A stretch of DNA of 64,000 bases from positions 330 to 64,329 of IMG/VR virus record IMGVR_UViG_3300012667_000235. One strand, written 5' to 3'. A program made the translations under genes and the position numbers. Positions within the stretch are counted from its first letter, which is position 1. Every line of letters starts with the position of its first letter. Below are positions 45,864 through 55,067 of this stretch, one piece after another. The notes beneath the pieces were generated by a model that had not been told where the DNA came from, ran no database searches, and saw nothing but the letters and a program-made list of their open reading frames with translations. The DNA is from a virus.

Positions 45864-45941
45864 TGGTGCGTCTGACAGGAATCGAACCTGTAACCTACGA
45901 TGTAGAAGACCGTAGCTCTATCCAGTTGAGCTACAGACGCA
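45864..45941 (-). tRNA. tRNA-Arg (anticodon TCT)
   Basis: Manual fold. Perfect 7-bp acceptor TGCGTCT/AGACGCA. Anticodon stem ACGGT/ATCGT with loop CTTCTAC. T-arm ACAGG-TTCGATT-CCTGT. Encoded CCA. Confidence 0.75.
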
Positions 45942-46033
45942 TGAAAGCTGGTTACGATTAATTCCAGCGTTGCTATTAAGGTTGCAACCGAATAGTACCT
46001 TTACTGTTTAAAGTGCCGTAATTATATCACGAA

Positions 46034-46711
46034 TCAGAAAGGAATATCATCATCCATGTCATCAAAGTTTTGCTGCGGAGCGGGCTTTGCTGCCTTAGCT
46101 GCTACCTTTGGTGCAGGTTTAGAAGGTGCAGGTGCTGCTTCCTTTTTAGGAGCGTCATTACCAAGGAACTCGGCAAATTCTTCATCTGCGGTCTTTTCTT
46201 CACGGTCTTCACGTACATATTCGATCAGATCAAGAACAAGAATCTTTGCAAGATCGATGCTCATACCGCCGTTAGTACGTTGCCATGTGCTAAGGCTAAT
46301 AACACCTGTAGAACCATTTGCAACTAACTTAGTGTGCGTAATATCTACTAGAGTAGACTTAACCCGTTCATAAATTTTTGGTTCATGTTGGGGTAGAATC
46401 TTTTTACCAGTTTTACCTTGTTCAGAAGACTTACGGAAAGTAAGAACCCAAACATTTTTACCTGCATCTTCTGGAGGTGCAACTTTGTAAATACTTTCAA
46501 AGTCAGCTTTCTTAACCTTCTTGATAGAAGTCTTACCGTCAACTTCAGCAAGCCAAGCTTCGTATTCGTCAACCCAATCTTCGTCTGTTACAACGACAGA
46601 CGCCTTATATTCATCTGGCTTAGGATCAGCACCAGCTTTTTGAAAAGCTTTTACGGGCTTATCGCATTGAACATAAACTAGCATCCCTTTAACCTTTGTA
46701 AAATCAGTCAT
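46034..46711 (-). CDS. single-stranded DNA-binding protein (T7 gp2.5-like body with acidic DDDIPF C-terminal tail)
   Basis: C-terminus NFDDMDDDIPF. Pro/Ala/Lys-rich linker. AGGAG RBS. Confidence 0.6.
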   Translation of the reverse strand: MTDFTKVKGMLVYVQCDKPVKAFQKAGADPKPDEYKASVVVTDEDWVDEYEAWLAEVDGKTSIKKVKKADFESIYKVAPPEDAGKNVWVLTFRKSSEQGKTGKKILPQHEPKIYERVKSTLVDITHTKLVANGSTGVISLSTWQRTNGGMSIDLAKILVLDLIEYVREDREEKTADEEFAEFLGNDAPKKEAAPAPSKPAPKVAAKAAKPAPQQNFDDMDDDIPF

Positions 46712-46997
46712 GTATTACTCCTATAGTATTAATTGAAAAGTGTTAAATATAAAGTGATGATTTTAGAAGGTTCACCAACCTTGTGAGAGTTAGATTATAG
46801 CACAGTTTTATGCATTATGCAACTCATTATCAAAATTTATTCAGAATATCGTGATTCTGCGATAACTTGTACAATATATTCTGGTACTACTCTACTGATG
46901 CCACTATACCACTCTTCACGAAAGCAACAACTGCAGCTTGCCAAAAAATGTTCATATTCCATATCATAAAACCACCAAGGTAAAACTCCATTCCAAC

Positions 46998-49229
46998 TCA
47001 TATTTGCTCCGTTTCTGTTTCAGAAGGTACTGATTGTACCACAATTTTTGCAGGAATTACAAGCTTTTCAGCTTCTGCGACGTAATAATCAAAATCGATA
47101 TCACCATCAAAATCATCCATGTTGTTACAGGTCTTAATATTCCAAGATGTATCGATACCTAACCTACGATCTTCTTCACCGTCTTCCAACGGTTTCATGA
47201 TTTTAACCAACTTACCACCTGTCTTACTAGGATAGTAACGGCAGATACGCTGTTGTTCAATGTCTACCGTACTACCGTCTTCGTTTGTATATTCTAGCAC
47301 AAGCCTAGAACTACGATCAACTTTTGTACGTAGCATGAAATCCATGATATCAACCTTAGCATGATTCTCAATGAACTCACGAATGTCTTTACCATGCACC
47401 ATAGAAGCCTCTACAGCCTTCTGTATGACCAGCGCAGACTGATTCTGATGCCACCCTAGCCCTTCATACTGATAAGCTCCCTTACGTTTAACCTTACCGT
47501 TTGTGTAAACGGCATAGTAATTATTTACGTCTCGAATCCACATCTTAGAATAATCAACAAATTCTAGTTCTAAGCCTACATCAACTTGCCACTGCTTGCA
47601 TACTTCATTGTATTCTTCTTCTGTATCACGTAGCATAGCAACGGTAAGACCGTCAGTATTCAACTGAACTAATTTCAGTCCTTGAATCTGCAGCAGTCGA
47701 TCAGCAAGCATTAACAAAGATAATTGACCATTCAAAGTAATTTGCATAGTAAACATAGGATCGTAGAATACAGAATACTTATCGTTTGACTTACCATATG
47801 TACCATTTAGTGCAAGTTTAAGCATTGCATTCTCAGGTGTATTCTTTGCATATGATTTACGCTGAATATACATATCCTTGTAAATATCGCAGAATGTCTC
47901 ACCAAGATGCTCAGGATAGATTCGGTTAGCAATCGCAATATTCGGATACATGGAGCTTACATCAGCATCACGAACCATATACAGCTTAGTTTCTTTCACA
48001 ACCTTATCTGATAAACTTGCATGAATACCACCTACACCGAAATCGATACGGTAACCGTCAATCATAACATTTAGAGTTTCAGCTACTTTGTACAAACCCC
48101 AATAGGATTTCTTAGGTACACGCATTTTCTTTTGCTTCTTGGTAAAGTCTGGTTGACCATCAGCATCAAGCGGATAATACATCACATGGTTACCATCAGC
48201 ATCGAATAAATATTCTGTAGCCTTTAGCTCTTGTTCTTCGACCCATCCCATAGGATGATCTTTATAGAATTGTTCAAGATCAGAATCAGTAGGTTTACCT
48301 TTGAATCTAATCTTTTTAATTTCTAATTGAGCATACTTTACTACATCACCAAGATCATGTTCTTCAATGTCAGAGAATACACCTTTTGTTTCAACTAGCA
48401 CCTGCTTACCAAACCAATCGTAAATAGCTTGGAACTCTGGACGAGAAAATGAATAGTAATTAAATAAGCAATCCTTGACAATAATCTTGTCGCGTTTTGT
48501 CTGAATCATAGTGCGCTTACCATCTTTGTGACGGTACAAACGTACACCAGCTTTTTCAAGCTCAAGTTGAAAATACTCTGCACCAATCTTAGTATCGTCT
48601 GCATTAATCAGATCAATACCGAGCTTTATACTCATGTCATCACGGAATTGAATCTGTGATTCAGAAGTAAAATAAAACTGTCGTGTGCATTCAACATCGT
48701 GCTCGTTATATAGCTTGATCTTGTCAATGTCATCTGCGGTAAGGTCTTTATTAATATCAAATGGTAGGTCTTCGATATTCTTTAGTCGCATATTAAACTC
48801 AAGCATCTTCAAACCTGTAGCTCTTGCTTTATTATTAAAGTGCCAGATACGATACAGGTCAACCTGCTTTACATACTCTTCAGCAGATTTAATAGTATTA
48901 CCGAATCCATCTTTAAATGATTCGATTTGTTTTTGTGCAATAGTAAATACCCTACGGGAAATCTTCTTACCATCATCAAGTTCAATTGATTTACGTAGAC
49001 GTAGAATTTCATGCAGGATAGGATAGTCGAATCCCTTTGAGTTAAAACCAACCATGCGGTAATCATTATCGCTAAGATAATCAAGACACTTCAGTATTCT
49101 ATCGATTTGATTCATACGATATGAGCACTCAAAAGTCTGCTTGTACTTACCGTCAGCACGAATGATGCTGAAGCTAAATAAGTTCTTGTAAGTCTCGATA
49201 TCGTAAATGAAGTCCCTTGTATGATCCAT
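46998..49229 (-). CDS. DNA polymerase, family B
   Basis: Exo I FIYDIET. Exo II FNSKGFD. Exo III YNEHDV. Motif A DVSSMYPNI. Motif B KLALNGTYGKS. Motif C-like QLNTDGL. Start set to the second ATG (MDHTRDF), which has a GGAG RBS. Confidence 0.9.
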   Translation of the reverse strand: MDHTRDFIYDIETYKNLFSFSIIRADGKYKQTFECSYRMNQIDRILKCLDYLSDNDYRMVGFNSKGFDYPILHEILRLRKSIELDDGKKISRRVFTIAQKQIESFKDGFGNTIKSAEEYVKQVDLYRIWHFNNKARATGLKMLEFNMRLKNIEDLPFDINKDLTADDIDKIKLYNEHDVECTRQFYFTSESQIQFRDDMSIKLGIDLINADDTKIGAEYFQLELEKAGVRLYRHKDGKRTMIQTKRDKIIVKDCLFNYYSFSRPEFQAIYDWFGKQVLVETKGVFSDIEEHDLGDVVKYAQLEIKKIRFKGKPTDSDLEQFYKDHPMGWVEEQELKATEYLFDADGNHVMYYPLDADGQPDFTKKQKKMRVPKKSYWGLYKVAETLNVMIDGYRIDFGVGGIHASLSDKVVKETKLYMVRDADVSSMYPNIAIANRIYPEHLGETFCDIYKDMYIQRKSYAKNTPENAMLKLALNGTYGKSNDKYSVFYDPMFTMQITLNGQLSLLMLADRLLQIQGLKLVQLNTDGLTVAMLRDTEEEYNEVCKQWQVDVGLELEFVDYSKMWIRDVNNYYAVYTNGKVKRKGAYQYEGLGWHQNQSALVIQKAVEASMVHGKDIREFIENHAKVDIMDFMLRTKVDRSSRLVLEYTNEDGSTVDIEQQRICRYYPSKTGGKLVKIMKPLEDGEEDRRLGIDTSWNIKTCNNMDDFDGDIDFDYYVAEAEKLVIPAKIVVQSVPSETETEQI

Positions 49230-49288
49230 GTAATCTCCAAAGTTAAAAAGTCCAGAAAGCACTACATTGTAGCACAATCTGGACACGT

Positions 49289-51013
49289 TTAGAACATTTG
49301 TTTAGGCTGATTGTCTAACCAATCATCTAAGTTATGCAGGGTGTGAGTAGCGTTATCATAGTAGATCATTCCAGCAGGGCCAGTAAGACCACATACACGA
49401 TTCTTCGTTACTGAAATCTCTGTGCTATTACGAATCAACTCATCCTCTGCCATCTTATCACGTTTTAGTAGAATATTACCGGAAGCAGATTTGATAATCG
49501 TACTTGAACCCATAATATTTTGTTCGCTATCTGCACCATTTTGACCAGCAGGTGTTTTACGCATGTGATTAATAAACACAAAAGTAACACCATGACTCTT
49601 TACGAAGCCTTTAGTCCACTTCATGAATAACGCTTGCTCATCATTAGTAAGACCATCTAAAACGTCCTGCAGCGGGTCTAGAATAATTAGTTTAGCTCCA
49701 CAAGCAACTACTAACTCTTCGATGGTATTTTGAATTTCTTCTACGCTACCATCACGATTATCTAGCAGATAAAAACGAGAATCACCATCTTCATTTTTCA
49801 TCAAGTTATCAGCTTTTTCACGTACGCGATCAGATTTCAATAATGTCATCTTTTCGTCGTAATTTTCGATCAATGCTAATTTCTGTGATAGATGCCGCGA
49901 TAGTAATACTTCACCATATTGACCAGCATCTAGCTCCATAGAGACAATACCAATCGTATGCGGTGAATTATAAATCCAGTAATAAATCAGTTCATTAATT
50001 AATGTAGTCTTACCGATACCAGTATCAGCAGCAATATTAATAATATGACCCAATGGAATACCACCGACAAACAATTCATTAAGCTTATTCATAAATGGTG
50101 GAAAAGGAACCTTCTCTACACTTGATTGCTGAATAATCTTATCGTACAAATCTGCAGAAGGTAATACCCCTACTGGAATCTGTTTCTTTGCATTGTAGAA
50201 GTCAATAATAAAAGATTTAGCATCATTCTCTTCGATGTACTTATTCGGGTCTTTGTACTTCATCTGCATCACTTTTACTTTACCTTTTGGTAAATACTTA
50301 ATGACTTCTTCAGTAGCATCTTTACCTGCTTTATCATTATCGTAGCACAGGATAATATTCTCAAATGAATCGAAGAATTTATATTGTGCAGCGATCTGTT
50401 TTTTACTCTGTGCTCCTGTAGTTGGACTTACAACAGCAGTTTCAAAAGCAGAACCACGCCCACGATTATAATCGGATAGCATCTGATAAGCAGATAATGC
50501 GTCTAGTTCACCTTCTGTGATAAGTACGTATTTACCACCACGGTTAAACTTAAATTGCATAAACAGTTCACAGTCTGCACCTGTGCGACCTTTAGAATAA
50601 AAATTCTTTGGTACTTCACGGATTTTATATCCGACAAGTTGACCGTCTTGCGTACAAGGATAATATTGTTCTACAACTTCATCATCTTCATTAAATGAAT
50701 ATCGTACACCAAATGGTTTGGTAATATCGTCACGTACACCACGAAAGCCATTACCTTGTGCAGATGTAGTTTCCTTAATGGAAGCTTGATCTTCAGGTGT
50801 AATCGCTGGTTTATTACTTGGTTTTACTTCCATATTTTCCTTTACGTTGTTTGATTTAATTCGTGGTCTATCTTTTTGGTTTTGCTTTTTATGTTCGTCA
50901 GATGGTAAAGTTGATTGACATACAAAACAATACCAACTTCCATCACTATATATAGCTCTACCGTCACTAGACCCGCACTCTTCACATTCTACATGCTTTA
51001 CAAAATTTGCCAT
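49289..51013 (-). CDS. bifunctional primase-helicase (T7 gp4-like)
   Basis: N-terminal zinc ribbon CEECGSS...CFVCQ. TOPRIM ITEGELDALS. DnaB-like Walker A AADTGIGKTT. AGGAG RBS. Confidence 0.85.
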   Translation of the reverse strand: MANFVKHVECEECGSSDGRAIYSDGSWYCFVCQSTLPSDEHKKQNQKDRPRIKSNNVKENMEVKPSNKPAITPEDQASIKETTSAQGNGFRGVRDDITKPFGVRYSFNEDDEVVEQYYPCTQDGQLVGYKIREVPKNFYSKGRTGADCELFMQFKFNRGGKYVLITEGELDALSAYQMLSDYNRGRGSAFETAVVSPTTGAQSKKQIAAQYKFFDSFENIILCYDNDKAGKDATEEVIKYLPKGKVKVMQMKYKDPNKYIEENDAKSFIIDFYNAKKQIPVGVLPSADLYDKIIQQSSVEKVPFPPFMNKLNELFVGGIPLGHIINIAADTGIGKTTLINELIYYWIYNSPHTIGIVSMELDAGQYGEVLLSRHLSQKLALIENYDEKMTLLKSDRVREKADNLMKNEDGDSRFYLLDNRDGSVEEIQNTIEELVVACGAKLIILDPLQDVLDGLTNDEQALFMKWTKGFVKSHGVTFVFINHMRKTPAGQNGADSEQNIMGSSTIIKSASGNILLKRDKMAEDELIRNSTEISVTKNRVCGLTGPAGMIYYDNATHTLHNLDDWLDNQPKQMF

Positions 51014-51021
51014 CGATTCTC

Positions 51022-51345
51022 CTATGAATAACCATAACTAATATCATCTAGTTTCTTTTTTAAGATATAGATTATATTATTCATATGATATGACCTATCC
51101 CATTCATCTAAGAATTCACCAATAGGCTTATCATAGTAATATTGATAAATTAACTCTTCATTAATATCTGGAAAATAACAGAGTATTCTACCATGTCGAA
51201 GTCGAAGATAACCAACCTGAGACATTTCTGAACCGTTGATATAAATAATATCATACTGTTCTGGAAAAGAGCCGCACGTACCTACGAATCCAAAGTCACC
51301 AATCTTATAATTTATTTCATAACCATTTAGTTCATACGGCTTCAT
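51022..51345 (-). CDS. hypothetical protein
   Basis: 107 aa. Confidence 0.4.
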   Translation of the reverse strand: MKPYELNGYEINYKIGDFGFVGTCGSFPEQYDIIYINGSEMSQVGYLRLRHGRILCYFPDINEELIYQYYYDKPIGEFLDEWDRSYHMNNIIYILKKKLDDISYGYS

Positions 51346-51795
51346 TTAATAATTTCCCCATTTAAAGATACGATAGCGTTTACCAAATACATTTAAATAT
51401 AACCCACCATACTTATATAGTAGTGGTGTTTGCCATACAAATAATTTAGGTTTTTTTTGCATAAAGTTTCCTTTTGTAATGGTATTTATGAGAATTAATC
51501 ATTTCTACTGTTTCAATATATGTCTGGACAAATGCGTCCATTAACTGATACATAAATATTAGTGTAACAATAAAAGGTACTAGTAAATATTGTGAATAAT
51601 AAATAAAATGAGTTTTCATACTTACCTCGCAGTCTTATCAGTAAGAACCATCAGCAGCATATTAATGCTTTGGATAACCATTTGTTGGCTCTGTAGTGGT
51701 AGCTGATCCCAAGTACGAGTATCACCAGCTTTTTTGGCAATAGCGTTCCAGTAAGTAATTACACTAAATTCCATAGTTTGCCCTTTCTGTATAAT

Positions 51796-52035
51796 TTATG
51801 TACCATCTTTAGCTTTGCCACATCTGCAATAACTACAGACTTTACCTGTAATGTTTTTGGTACAGGTATTGTTGCGCTCACCTTCATCTTCAATCCATTT
51901 CAGAAGTGGAGCCTTTATTGTATCAGAAAATCGGTTCAATGCTACACTACTCATGTGAAAGCCGAAATGTTCACCGTATCTGCTTTGAACACCACCAGAT
52001 TCTCTAGCTAACTTGTGTAATGCTGCTTTATTCAC
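51796..52035 (-). CDS. hypothetical protein with C-terminal Cys cluster
   Basis: 79 aa with CTKNITGKVCSYCRCG. Chosen over + strand 51778..52011 because the flanking genes are on the - strand. Confidence 0.3.
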   Translation of the reverse strand: MNKAALHKLARESGGVQSRYGEHFGFHMSSVALNRFSDTIKAPLLKWIEDEGERNNTCTKNITGKVCSYCRCGKAKDGT

Positions 52036-52444
52036 TGTTTTCCTTTGCCTTTTTGCGAAATGCTACTTCATTCTTAAATAACTGTTCAATTTCAGTTCCA
52101 CGGATATGTGACTGCGTATGTAAAATCTGATCAATGTGATCATCAGTCATTTCTGCTAAACTTAAATAAATTCCATTTGGATAGTACTCACCAGATTTAC
52201 CATAGGATTTCCACAATTTTACTTTGCGTTGTTCTTCAAATGGGTCATCAGTTGTTACGATTGTCATTTCAGCAGGTACTTTGTTTGAACTTGTACGATA
52301 GTAGTAACCGTGACCACCATCGACCATGTATACATCACCTGTTACACTACATACATGCGTTTGATAGTCGTGTCTATCTCTTGGTTCCATTACGTAACCG
52401 TCTGGACATTTCATAGATAACTTTAAAATATATGGTTTTTGCAT
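52028..52444 (-). CDS. hypothetical protein
   Basis: 138 aa, first gene of the - strand block. Confidence 0.4.
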   Translation of the reverse strand: MQKPYILKLSMKCPDGYVMEPRDRHDYQTHVCSVTGDVYMVDGGHGYYYRTSSNKVPAEMTIVTTDDPFEEQRKVKLWKSYGKSGEYYPNGIYLSLAEMTDDHIDQILHTQSHIRGTEIEQLFKNEVAFRKKAKENSE

Positions 52445-52543
52445 TAGTTAAGCTCTCCTTAAAAACTAGAGTCTATCACACAAAGTTGATTTATTCAAGG
52501 TTCTCAATCAAAAAAATAAAGTGTTGTTTCTTTGCTACGGTAC

Positions 52544-52571
52544 TTGACAGCTTTCATAAAGTGGATACAAT
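52544..52571 (+). promoter_or_regulatory. candidate sigma70 promoter (TTGACA-16-TACAAT) in the divergent control region
   Basis: TTGACA at 52544-52549 and TACAAT at 52566-52571. Followed by three ACTGCTG-containing direct repeats. Confidence 0.4.
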
Positions 52572-52863
52572 AGCAGAAACTGCTGTTTTACCTTGCGTTA
52601 TTGCTCGTTTCACCAGACGGTTACTGCTGCAAAGTATAGCACAAACAAGTAAACAACTTAAACAATAACTGCTGCAGTTACTACTACAGTTAAACGTAAG
52701 GTATAACATATGGTGTTATAGCTATAAGGATGGTTTTTCATATGGTGAAATTTACGGTTATGTGTTGTTTTTCAACAACTTTGTAATTTGTGCAAAATCA
52801 TTCAAAATTCTGTGCTAGAATCCAGTTCTTCGAAATTTGTCAACTTAACGTAAAGGAGAATTT

Positions 52864-53406
52864 ATGACAATCATGTTCACTGAAAAGTTTGAATCCTTAG
52901 CTAAAGCTATTAACCTACAACCAGCAGAGCGTTCTATTGCAGAATTCTTCTGGTACTCTGGACTACGACATGCGTTCCAACGTGGTACATCACAACCTGC
53001 TCTGCTCCAAACTAATGGATCAGCATGTGGTGCTACTATTCCACCAAAAGAAGAGTTCAAGTGGAACTTTCCTAGTAAGCCAGCTTATCCTAATCCACGC
53101 GCACCTTCATATGTTAATAAATACCCTGAGAAGAATATTGGATTGGAAGATGAACTAACTCCATACGAAGCTAAGTTGATTTCAATTCTTCTAACAGAAG
53201 TCTTAACTCATAGTCAAGTTGGTGTCAAGAATCTTGAAGCAAATATTAACTATATGTGGAAATACTGCGATAAAGACAATGAAAATACTGAACCTGTGTT
53301 CAAAGAAATGAATCGTGTCAAATCTAGGCTTCACCGTCTAAAAGGTCAAGTAAAAACACTAGCAGATTCACAACGTAAGTTGAAGAAGATTAGCAAAGGT
53401 CTGTAA
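52864..53406 (+). CDS. hypothetical protein
   Basis: 180 aa. AAGGAG RBS. Confidence 0.45.
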   Translation: MTIMFTEKFESLAKAINLQPAERSIAEFFWYSGLRHAFQRGTSQPALLQTNGSACGATIPPKEEFKWNFPSKPAYPNPRAPSYVNKYPEKNIGLEDELTPYEAKLISILLTEVLTHSQVGVKNLEANINYMWKYCDKDNENTEPVFKEMNRVKSRLHRLKGQVKTLADSQRKLKKISKGL

Positions 53407-53506
53407 CAACAGCTAAGAAGCTTCAGAAGGCTCTATAATGGGTTTTCTGGAGCTTACCTAAGCAACCGTACCTTAAACAGAAACAAACGCTTATAGAGGC
53501 TTTAAA

Positions 53507-53857
53507 TTGTCCAAACCAAGAAAGAAGTTTCAGCTAGTAGCAACAACCTTTGACCGCAAGGGTAGACCAATCGCTACTGCACAGAATGATTACCGTAGAA
53601 GTCACCCATTGGCTAAGTACTTTGCTTTGCAAGCTGGTGAATCAGAACATAAAGATAAAATCCATGCCGAATTAAATTCTGTTCTTTCTAGTGGTAAAAA
53701 TGAAGTACACTCTATATTTGTGCAACGATTCAATAAGGATGGTTCAATGGCAAATGCCAAACCATGCACAGCCTGTCAACTTATGCTGAAATCTTTTGGT
53801 GTAAAGCTGGTTAGGTATACAGATAACGATGGTATAAAGGAGTATGTAAATGAGTAA
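53507..53857 (+). CDS. small cytidine-deaminase-fold (CDA-like) protein, substrate unknown
   Basis: HAE at residues 53-55 and PCTAC 31 residues later is the Zn-binding signature spacing of the CDA fold. 116 aa. Confidence 0.45.
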   Translation: MSKPRKKFQLVATTFDRKGRPIATAQNDYRRSHPLAKYFALQAGESEHKDKIHAELNSVLSSGKNEVHSIFVQRFNKDGSMANAKPCTACQLMLKSFGVKLVRYTDNDGIKEYVNE

Positions 53858-54374
53858 AATTCATTCGGTTCTACTGAAAGATATTGAAGAGATAAAAGAG
53901 CACTATACCAAAGTAACAGAATTTGCAGAATTACTTCCAATATATAGTGAAGTTATTTTAAATAAAAAACTAACTGGTGATAATTATTGTGAATTAGCAA
54001 ATCGATATAAACAGCTTTATGCAGATTGGGGAATTAAGTGGTATATACAGACACCTGCTAATTATCCAGAGCTAACATCAAAGCATAAAGGTTTTGTTAC
54101 TATCTATATTAATTGTATGGCCTTGTTTGGTGATGATATTTATCATATGGCATATAAAGAATTGCACGATACTTTACCAAGTATTAAAGTTCATTTCTAT
54201 GATGTATTAAATAGTACATTCTACTTTCTACCGGAAGAAGCAGAAGAAGGTTTGGAAAAGTTGAATAACTGGTATCTTCGTGTAAAAGAAAAATCGAGTG
54301 AATTCCTAAAACAACAACGTAAATTAAAACTTCAAGCTGAATTAGATAAACTAAATAATGAGGAAACCAAATGA
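53850..54374 (+). CDS. hypothetical protein
   Basis: 174 aa. Confidence 0.45.
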   Translation: MSKIHSVLLKDIEEIKEHYTKVTEFAELLPIYSEVILNKKLTGDNYCELANRYKQLYADWGIKWYIQTPANYPELTSKHKGFVTIYINCMALFGDDIYHMAYKELHDTLPSIKVHFYDVLNSTFYFLPEEAEEGLEKLNNWYLRVKEKSSEFLKQQRKLKLQAELDKLNNEETK

Positions 54375-54622
54375 AATTTTATAATCCGTTTAAACCACAT
54401 ATTGCTAAAGTAGACGATACTAAATATGCAATTAGAAGACACTTTGTATTTTATTGGCTATACCTTGATCGAGATAATTTTGCATATTGGTGGGGACTTC
54501 CAGAGTATGTAAGGAAGTATTGTGTACTTAATTCGGAATCTGAAGCTATTAAATTACTGGATCGATATTATAGACGTAAGAAAATTATTTCTGAGTTTTA
54601 TTCAAAAGGTTCTAATAAATGA
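54371..54622 (+). CDS. hypothetical protein
   Basis: 83 aa. Confidence 0.4.
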   Translation: MKFYNPFKPHIAKVDDTKYAIRRHFVFYWLYLDRDNFAYWWGLPEYVRKYCVLNSESEAIKLLDRYYRRKKIISEFYSKGSNK

Positions 54623-55023
54623 AACAAAAGCATATTAATGCTTACATGGAGTGTGCGGAAGCATTCGCTAAATGTAGCAATGCTACTAGACTTAAAGTTG
54701 GTACGGTTATTACAAAAGATAACCGTATTATTTCTTGTGGCTATAATGCTCATGCTGCACACATTAATGACCCATGTGAACTACCTGATGGTACAACTGA
54801 TCCTAGACTACGGCATAGCGAAAAGAATGCACTGATGGGTCTTGTACGTAGCAATCAGAGTGCTTTAGATGCTGAAATGTTCTGTACTCATGCTTGCTGC
54901 CTTCCGTGTTCGATTGACATTGTAGACTCTGGTATAAAAAAATTTTACTATAGGAACAGTTATAGGGATGATTCTGGTGTACAATACCTGCAAAACAACG
55001 GTGTTGAAGTAATTAAGATTTAA
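54619..55023 (+). CDS. dCMP deaminase
   Basis: RHSEKNALMG ... CTHACCLPCS matches the dCMP deaminase motifs HxE...PCxxC. Confidence 0.8.
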   Translation: MKQKHINAYMECAEAFAKCSNATRLKVGTVITKDNRIISCGYNAHAAHINDPCELPDGTTDPRLRHSEKNALMGLVRSNQSALDAEMFCTHACCLPCSIDIVDSGIKKFYYRNSYRDDSGVQYLQNNGVEVIKI

Positions 55024-55067
55024 CTGAAAGGATCATAAATCATGCAACCAGTAGTTAAGGAAAAATC

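Noticed and set aside
46056-46681. Multiple + strand and alternative-frame ORFs within the SSB gene
   Set aside because: The SSB frame has a strong RBS and the DDDIPF tail. The others are shadow frames.
35782-49229. Inteins or introns in the reductase and DNA polymerase genes
   Set aside because: Both ORFs are continuous, with motif spacing normal for their families. There are no insertions interrupting catalytic motifs.
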